Shown here one piece after another: positions 32,223 through 38,028 of a stretch of DNA of 38,028 bases. Under the pieces are notes generated by a model, which ran no database searches, was not told where the DNA came from, and saw nothing but the letters and a program-made list of their open reading frames with translations. The position numbers and the translations under genes are program-made. The DNA comes from Spirochaetaceae bacterium (GTDB taxonomy: Bacteria; Spirochaetota; Spirochaetia; DSM-27196; SLST01): positions 1 through 38,028 of the forward strand of contig RECL01000108.1 in NCBI GenBank assembly GCA_007694025.1, written 5' to 3'. The number at the start of each line of letters is the position of its first letter. Position 1 is the first letter of the stretch.

Positions 32223-35180
32223 TTAGAGCGGAAGCTGGATCCGACGCTCGCCAAGAGCCGGGATCACCGCGGCGGCCCGGTCAACAGCGTCCGCGCCGGC
32301 GAGGACCGCGACCGTGTGGTCGTCGTACGCGTCGACGAGCCGACGCGCGGCGCGCACGACGTCATCGACGCGGGTGTCGAGCAGCACGCGGTGATTCCGG
32401 TCGCGAACCTCGTCGGGTATACGGTAAAGTGTTCTGCGCAACCCGACAAGAGCCTTCTCCGACGGCGACTGCGGCCGGTAGTATCGGCCGGCGACTCCGA
32501 TCACGGCCTGCTCCAGGTCGTCGGGCGACACGCCGTTGGCGGCCCCGGTGAGCGCCGCGCGGAACGCATCGAGGGTCGGCACGATCGCCGGATCGCGGTA
32601 CGACCAGAAGCCGAACACACCGTCCATTCCCCGAGCGCTCGCGCTGACACCGTACGCACCGCCGGTCATCCGCACCGACTCCCAGAGCGGACCGGTCCGC
32701 AGCAGATGCGCGAGCACCTGCTCGTGTACGTGATCGTCGGTTCCGAACCATGCGCCACGCATCGCGAGCGCGACGTAGCAGACGTTCGACGGGACGATCA
32801 GCGCCTCGGCCGGTGGGAAGGGCTCGTCTACGAGCCGCTCGCGGACGAGCCGCTCGTCGGCAGGCGGGCTGTCGGCTGACCGCTCGCCGGTGGGCGCCTC
32901 GCCATCGGGAAGCGCGGCTACCAGGCGCTCAAGGTGCGGCAGCGCGGCCTCGCACGCATCGGCGCTCCCGGTCACATTGACGAGCGCGGCGCGTCGGCGG
33001 ATCACCGCGTCGCCGATCCGCGCCAGCGGCTCGGCGAGCCGCCCGCCATCCTCATCGAGCGACGACATGAACAGGAGCTGCGTCGCGCCGTGCCATAGCT
33101 CGCCGTACCGGTCGGCGTCAGAGTACGCCCTGCCGGCGCGCACCGCGGCATAGCTGTGCCCCGATGGAAGCACCGAGCCGCTCATGCTGCTTCGCGCCTC
33201 CTTGAAGACGTCGGAGACCCGCCGCGCGTTCGAGTAGTCGGGGCTCACGATCAGATCGGCAAGCAGGTCGACCGCTTCGCTCAGCGTCGACTCGAGCGTC
33301 TTGACGCGGAAGAAGAGCCTGCGGTCCGCGGTGATCGACCCATCGGCGGGGATCCCTGCCTCGTGGAACGCGCTCATCCCACCAGACTTCAGTCCGATAT
33401 CGGTGATGACGTCGTCGTAGGTCCGTCCGGGCAGACCGAGTTCGCCGAACGCGTCGACGAAGAGCGGAACGTAGGGCAGGAGATCGCCGTGGAGATCGCC
33501 TATGTCGAAGCCGATGTCGATGTAGACGATGCCGTTCGCCGGAACGTCGTGCGTGTAGAACGGCACCCCTCCGATCGCGTTGACCGCGGTCGCAACGCGT
33601 TCGATTTCGCGGGGCAGGTCTGCAACCCGCAGAGCGGGCAGACTCGATACCGCTTCGGGCGGGTCGGCCGTTGTCTGCAGCTGGTCGAGCGCAGCCTGGT
33701 CGGCCTCGATCCTCGCGCGCTCGTCGGGAGTGAGCGCGCGTTCGCGCGCTCCAAGCCACGTTGACAGCGCCTCGGCCTCTCGCTGGCGCTGGTCGGCGTC
33801 GGGCAGCACGACCGATAGGAGCCGGTGCGTGTTTCCGATCAGATGCTCGCGTATCAGCCGTTCGAAGTAGCGTGGCTCGGCCGCGACGGCGTTGCGCACG
33901 CGCTGCAGCGGCTCTTCGAAGCGAAGCGTGTGCTCGGGCGACCCTCCGTGCAGCCACCCGCGAAGCGACCGCCCCATCAGGCGTAGCCCGTTCGGGCCAC
34001 CTCCTTTTATCTCGCGGTTTCGGAACTCGACTTTCCGCAGCGACGACTCGATGAGCGCCGGGTCGATGCCGTCGCGCTCGATTCTGGACAGCGAATCGAG
34101 GATGAGCGATTCGATCGCCTTCTTGTGCGCTACGTCGGTATCGCGCAGCCCGACGCTGAAGATCGGCTCGCGAAGATCGGTCTCCATCCCCGTCGGCGCC
34201 GACAGATCGTCTCCGAGCCCCGATTCGATGAGCGCGCGCCGAAGCGGCCCCGCGCTCGAGCCGAGCAGGATGTAGGCAAGGAGCTCGAGCGACAGGAGCT
34301 CTTCGGGGGTGCGCTCTCCGCTGATCAGCCAGCTCAACGTGATCGACGTTGGACCGTCGTCACCGTCGGTCGGGCAGGTCACGGTAAACTCGCGCGGATC
34401 GCTCCAGCGCGGCTGAATCAGCTGCCCTGCCGCGGCGGCCGACGCGCGGCTAGCCTCGAACCGTGACAGAAAACGCGCGTCAAGGAACTCCAGGTAGCGT
34501 TCGGTCGGAATGTCGCCGTACAGGAATATCAGCGCGTTCGACGGGTGGTAGCACGTCGCGTGAAAGTCGACGAACGCGTCGTAGGTGAGATCGGGGATCG
34601 CGTGCGGGTCGCCCCCTGAATCGTGCCCGTAGGGGGTGTCGCACAGGAGCGCCTGATGGACGATCCGTCCGGCAACCGAATCGTGATCGGCGTAGACGCC
34701 GCTCATCTCATTGTACACGATACCGGTCAGTTCCAGACGGCCGTCGGTGAACTGCAGCCGATGCCCCTCCTGCTGGAAGAACTCCCGGCGCAGCAGCGGA
34801 AAGAACACCGCGTCGCCGTACACCTCCATGATGTTGAACAAGTCCTTCTCCACCGTACTCGAGGCCGGGTAGACCGTCTTGTCGGGGTACGTCATCGCGT
34901 TGAGAAAGGTGTTCAGGCTCCCCTTGACCAGCCGGATGAAGGGGTCCTTCAGCGGGTACGCGCGTGACCCGCATAGCACCGTGTGCTCCAGGATATGCGC
35001 GATGCCGGTCGAATCGGCCGGCAGCGTCCTGAACGCGAACGCAAAGAGGTTTTCAGGGTCGTCGTTGCGAACGTGAAAGACGTCGGCGCCCGTGCCGACG
35101 TGCCGGTACCGACGCCCCACCCCCCGATACTCGGGGAGCGGCGTGTCGTACAGAAGCTCGAATCCATTGGTAAGCGCCAA
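32223..35180 (-). CDS. M16C-family (PreP/Cym1-like insulinase) zinc metallopeptidase (985 aa)
   Basis: HxxEH motif GIAHILEHTVLCGS..YP, downstream NAMTYPD.T.YP, and the about 1000-aa four-domain length typical of M16C. TTG 35180 has AAGGAG 6 nt upstream. Confidence 0.95.
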   Translation of the reverse strand: MALTNGFELLYDTPLPEYRGVGRRYRHVGTGADVFHVRNDDPENLFAFAFRTLPADSTGIAHILEHTVLCGSRAYPLKDPFIRLVKGSLNTFLNAMTYPDKTVYPASSTVEKDLFNIMEVYGDAVFFPLLRREFFQQEGHRLQFTDGRLELTGIVYNEMSGVYADHDSVAGRIVHQALLCDTPYGHDSGGDPHAIPDLTYDAFVDFHATCYHPSNALIFLYGDIPTERYLEFLDARFLSRFEASRASAAAAGQLIQPRWSDPREFTVTCPTDGDDGPTSITLSWLISGERTPEELLSLELLAYILLGSSAGPLRRALIESGLGDDLSAPTGMETDLREPIFSVGLRDTDVAHKKAIESLILDSLSRIERDGIDPALIESSLRKVEFRNREIKGGGPNGLRLMGRSLRGWLHGGSPEHTLRFEEPLQRVRNAVAAEPRYFERLIREHLIGNTHRLLSVVLPDADQRQREAEALSTWLGARERALTPDERARIEADQAALDQLQTTADPPEAVSSLPALRVADLPREIERVATAVNAIGGVPFYTHDVPANGIVYIDIGFDIGDLHGDLLPYVPLFVDAFGELGLPGRTYDDVITDIGLKSGGMSAFHEAGIPADGSITADRRLFFRVKTLESTLSEAVDLLADLIVSPDYSNARRVSDVFKEARSSMSGSVLPSGHSYAAVRAGRAYSDADRYGELWHGATQLLFMSSLDEDGGRLAEPLARIGDAVIRRRAALVNVTGSADACEAALPHLERLVAALPDGEAPTGERSADSPPADERLVRERLVDEPFPPAEALIVPSNVCYVALAMRGAWFGTDDHVHEQVLAHLLRTGPLWESVRMTGGAYGVSASARGMDGVFGFWSYRDPAIVPTLDAFRAALTGAANGVSPDDLEQAVIGVAGRYYRPQSPSEKALVGLRRTLYRIPDEVRDRNHRVLLDTRVDDVVRAARRLVDAYDDHTVAVLAGADAVDRAAAVIPALGERRIQLPL

Positions 35181-35211
35181 GAGTCTCTCCTTGCGGGTTA
35201 CCGCGCGCGGG

Positions 35212-35892
35212 CTACAGCCGCGCCAGCAGTTCCCGGACGTAGTGCAGGCTGTTCGCGGCCGACACGTCGAGCAGTCGCTCGAAGTCGAGCGCCGTACCGT
35301 CGCTGTGGTCGCTGATCGTCCGGATCAGCAGAAACGGCAGCGCGTTCACCGCCGCGACGAGCGCGACGCTCGCGCCCTCCATCTCCACCGCGTCGCCGTC
35401 GAGCGCCGCCGCAAGCCGGTCGCGCAGGCCCGCGTCGGTGACAAACCGGTCACCGGTGAGAATCCGCCCGACGTGCGCGCGACCGCGCGGCGGGCGGATC
35501 GCTCGCGCGATTTCCAGCAGCGCGGGATCGGCCGGCAGGAACCGGTAGTCGGTGTACGGGATCCTCCCAAGCTCGAAGCCCATCGCGGTCACGTCCATGT
35601 CGTGCTGCACGCAGTCGCGCGCAACCACCACATCGCCAAGCTCGTAGCCACGGTTGAGCGATCCAGCGACGCCGGTGAACACGATCCGCTTCGGCGCGTA
35701 CCGGTCGACCAGGTGCTGCGCGAAGAGCGCGGACATCGACTTCCCGACGCCGGTCCTGCTCACGATCACCGGATGATCGTCGATCCGGCCGCGATACACG
35801 GGCCTTCCGAGCGCCGACTCTTCCACGGGGTCGCCGAGCGCCGCTGCAAGCGCGTCGACCTCGCGGTCGAGCGCTCCGAGCACGAGCGTCAT
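35212..35892 (-). CDS. mtnN: 5'-methylthioadenosine / S-adenosylhomocysteine nucleosidase (226 aa)
   Basis: GVGKSMSA, FTGVAGSL, DVVVA and VEMEGASVA....N.LPFLLIRTISD are the canonical Pfs/MtnN motifs. ATG 35892 overlaps the upstream TGA (ATGA). Confidence 0.9.
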   Translation of the reverse strand: MTLVLGALDREVDALAAALGDPVEESALGRPVYRGRIDDHPVIVSRTGVGKSMSALFAQHLVDRYAPKRIVFTGVAGSLNRGYELGDVVVARDCVQHDMDVTAMGFELGRIPYTDYRFLPADPALLEIARAIRPPRGRAHVGRILTGDRFVTDAGLRDRLAAALDGDAVEMEGASVALVAAVNALPFLLIRTISDHSDGTALDFERLLDVSAANSLHYVRELLARL

Positions 35893-37103
35893 TGGCGTGC
35901 TCCTGCATCGCGCGTAGCGGTGAGCGCGGCGACGGCCTGACCGAGCCGACCTATCGCGTCGTCAAAGAGCGCGCGACTGGTCGCGATGTTGATGCGCTGG
36001 AAGCCCGACCCCTGCGAGCCGAACTGCCGGCCTTCGCTGAGCCACAACCCACCCTCTTCGAATAGCGCGCGGCGCGTCGCCTCGTCGTCGGCGCCGGTCG
36101 CCTTCTGAATCGGCCGGAAGTCGAGCCAACCAAGGTAGGTGCCTTCGGGGCGCACAATCGGAACACCGAGCGCCGCGGCCTCGCGAACGAGCCGGTCGAA
36201 CTGTGCATCGAAGAACCCGTTCAGGCTGTCGACCCACGACTCGCACGAGTCGTACGCGGCGCGCGACGCGACGAGCGCGAGCGGGCTCGCCAGGCCGAAC
36301 CCCAACCGGTCAAGCGTCCGCTCAAAGCGGGAGCGTAGCTGCGAATCGGGGATCACTACGTGCGCGCTCGGCAGGCCCGCGATGTTGAAGGTCTTGCTCG
36401 GCGCGTGACACGCGATCGTCCGCCGCGCGATGTCGGGGCCGACGTCCACCATCGGCGTGAACTCGACCCCGGCGCGCCGGATGTCGGCGTGGATCTCATC
36501 GGACACGACGATGAGGTCGTGGCGAACCGCGATGTCGGCGAAGCGCTCAAGCTCCGCGCGGGTCCAGACGCGCCCAACGGGGTTGTGCGGCGAGCAGAGC
36601 AGAAGCATCCGCGTCCGGGGCGATATCACCGACTCCAGATGATCGAGGTCCATCTGGTAGCGACCGTCGACCTGGACGAGCGGGTTTTCGACGAGCGTGC
36701 GGCCGTTGTCGACAATCGCGTCGAAGAAGGGATAGTAGACAGGCGGCTGGATCACCACCTGGTCGCCCGGGTCGGTCAGGCCGATGATCGCCGATCGCAC
36801 CGCCGGCATCACCCCGGGCGCAAAGACGAGCGTCGCCGGGTCGACCGTCCACGCGTGACGCCGGCGCTGCCACGACACGAAGCTTTCGCGGTACGCGTCC
36901 GACGCATAGGTGTAGCCGAATACCGCGTGGTCGACGCGCCTGCGCAACGCGTCGATTACCGGGTCGGGGCACGCGAAATCCATGTCGGCGACCCACATCG
37001 GAAGCACGTCGCGGCCGCGAGCGTTGCGGGGGCGGTAGTCCCATTTGTACGTGTCGGTGCCGGCGCGGCGCGGCACCGAGTCGAACGGAGTACTCGGGTC
37101 CAT
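35889..37103 (-). CDS. PatB/MalY-type class I/II aminotransferase (C-S lyase), 404 aa
   Basis: TDTYKWDY......DVLPMWVADMDF..P..I..AL, CSPHNPVGRVW and the PLP-lysine motif HAPSKTFNIAG. The start at ATG 37103 (MDPSTPFD) is chosen because the 5' 200 codons of the 604-aa ORF overlap epmA. Confidence 0.9.
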   Translation of the reverse strand: MDPSTPFDSVPRRAGTDTYKWDYRPRNARGRDVLPMWVADMDFACPDPVIDALRRRVDHAVFGYTYASDAYRESFVSWQRRRHAWTVDPATLVFAPGVMPAVRSAIIGLTDPGDQVVIQPPVYYPFFDAIVDNGRTLVENPLVQVDGRYQMDLDHLESVISPRTRMLLLCSPHNPVGRVWTRAELERFADIAVRHDLIVVSDEIHADIRRAGVEFTPMVDVGPDIARRTIACHAPSKTFNIAGLPSAHVVIPDSQLRSRFERTLDRLGFGLASPLALVASRAAYDSCESWVDSLNGFFDAQFDRLVREAAALGVPIVRPEGTYLGWLDFRPIQKATGADDEATRRALFEEGGLWLSEGRQFGSQGSGFQRINIATSRALFDDAIGRLGQAVAALTATRDAGARQ

Positions 37104-37111
37104 TGCGGCGT

Positions 37112-37139
37112 AGTATACGGAGAGTTCGCGCGATATCCT
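37112..37139. promoter_or_regulatory. Compact divergent promoter region between the patB-like gene and epmA (42-nt spacer)
   Basis: The minus strand has TATACT (37117..37112) 8 nt before ATG 37103. The plus strand has TATCCT (37134..37139) 6 nt before ATG 37146. There is no SD on either side and the -35 elements are weak. Confidence 0.3.
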
Positions 37140-37145
37140 ACCTCC

Positions 37146-38028
37146 ATGATCACACATGCCACCGCGCGAACGCGCGCATCGCTGATCGAGCGGACCCGTC
37201 GGTTCTTCACCGCGCGCGGCTATCTGGAGATCGACAGCCCGCTTTTGGCGCCCGCGCTGATCCCGGAGGCGCACATCGAGGTGTTCGCGACCCAACTGGT
37301 ACACCCGTACGAGCGGTCGCAGCCCCGCTACCTGATCCCGTCGCCCGAAGTCTATCTGAAGCGGTTGGTCGCCGACGGCTGGGGTAGCGTGTTTTCGATC
37401 GGCAGATGCTTTCGTAACGCCGAAAGCTCGTCGCGCCTGCACAATCCGGAGTTTACGATGCTCGAGTGGTACACGGTCGACGCCGACTACCGCGACTCGA
37501 TCGCGCTCACGACCGAGCTCCTCGGCGACCTTGCAGCGTCGCGAACCGCACCGCTTGGCGAGCGAGGCGGCGCGGCAGGCGCGACACGCGTCGGCGCACC
37601 TCCCGTGCGGATCACGGTACGCGACGCATTCGTGCGGTACGCCGGGTGCGATCCCGATGTGTTTGAGGCGCCGGGAGCGCTCCGCGATGCGGCGGATCGT
37701 CACGGGATGCGCGTCGGCGACGATGAATCGGATGAGGATCTGTTCCAGCGCATCCTACTCAGCCACGTCGAACCGAACCTGCCGACCGACCGACCACTCT
37801 TTCTCTGCGACTACCCCACCCTGGTCCCGACGCTCGCGGCGCGTTCGCCGGACGGGGCGTTCGCCGAGCGGTGGGAGCTCTACATCAACGGGGTCGAGAT
37901 CGCGAACTGCTACACCGAAGAACGCGACCAGGGACGCCTCGCGCGGTTCACCGCCGAGCAATCCGACGCGAAGCAGAGCGCGCTCGTCCCGCACGCTGCG
38001 TCGGATACGCTCGCGCGCTTCGGTGGCG
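37146..38028 (+). CDS. epmA: EF-P lysine aminoacylase EpmA/GenX (class II LysRS paralog); 3' end beyond the window
   Basis: This gene is not in the ORF track because there is no stop in the window. My translation from ATG 37146 is MITHATARTRASLIERTRRFFTARGYLEIDSPLL...PSPEVYLKRLVADGWGSVFSIGRCFRNAESSSRLHNPEFTMLEWY...DYPTLVPTLA....AERWELYINGVEIANCYTE. It is co-linear with E. coli EpmA (FRNEE..YHNPEFTMLEWY; ERFEVYYKGIELANGFHE). Confidence 0.85.
   Translation, partial: MITHATARTRASLIERTRRFFTARGYLEIDSPLLAPALIPEAHIEVFATQLVHPYERSQPRYLIPSPEVYLKRLVADGWGSVFSIGRCFRNAESSSRLHNPEFTMLEWYTVDADYRDSIALTTELLGDLAASRTAPLGERGGAAGATRVGAPPVRITVRDAFVRYAGCDPDVFEAPGALRDAADRHGMRVGDDESDEDLFQRILLSHVEPNLPTDRPLFLCDYPTLVPTLAARSPDGAFAERWELYINGVEIANCYTEERDQGRLARFTAEQSDAKQSALVPHAASDTLARFGG

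Noticed and set aside
35889-37703. 604-aa minus-strand ORF taken as the full patB-like gene
   Set aside because: The aminotransferase homology starts at MDPSTPFD (ATG 37103). The upstream 200 codons are antisense to the clearly EpmA-like plus-strand frame.
1-38028. Mobile elements, prophage, tRNA/rRNA genes, restriction-modification, classical toxin-antitoxin or known defence genes
   Set aside because: I scanned the translations and the DNA for integrase, transposase, Cas, methylase and T-loop-like (GGTTCGAATCC) signatures and found none. This is a by-eye negative, not a computed one.

Overview
High-GC (roughly two-thirds G+C by eye) bacterial chromosomal window. It is densely coding, with about 36 protein genes. 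I saw no rRNA, tRNA, CRISPR array, transposase or integrase. All family calls come from motif recognition in the translated ORFs; no searches were run.

Diderm hallmarks are present: HtrA/DegP, a beta-barrel OMP candidate, OmpA-like domains and a LolCDE-like ABC system. Together with a TatT-type TPR-protein-associated TRAP transporter, they weakly suggest a Spirochaetota-like or other uncultured diderm lineage.

Gene content from left to right:
- DUF2721 protein, divergent from a membrane protein / winged-helix regulator / ABC ATPase / two FtsX permeases operon.
- OsmC-like protein divergent from cysM, then htrA.
- OMP candidate, then gltA, an AIM24-like gene and a Gfo/Idh/MocA oxidoreductase.
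- Minus-strand operon of nucleotidyltransferase, TPM, LemA and CPBP protease.
- slyD, a membrane protein, DJ-1/PfpI and TauE.
- A monocistronic gene for an Ala/Glu-rich protein.
- A three-gene operon: a Cys-less HMA-like mini-protein plus two co-linear ~950-aa paralogs, each with seven FlgD-type Ig modules and an OmpA-like C-terminus.
- radC.
- A roughly 12-kb co-directional minus-strand run: patB/malY-like, mtnN, M16C peptidase, small secreted protein, tatT, dctP-like, fused dctQM, membrane protein, HDAC-like deacetylase and CapA-like protein.
- A 5'-partial-window epmA at the right edge, which is absent from the ORF track because it has no stop in the window.

The best candidate for an undescribed system is the HMA-like / giant Ig-OmpA operon (18138..24124). 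Secondary candidates are the NTase-TPM-LemA-CPBP operon, the peptidase-coupled TPAT transporter, and the winged-helix regulator / ABC module with two operator-like palindromes.

A recurring sequence-level theme is sigma70-like promoters placed 5-8 nt from the ATG. This is leaderless geometry, seen at operon-first genes. Internal genes instead carry strong AGGAGG sites or overlapping stop/start codons.
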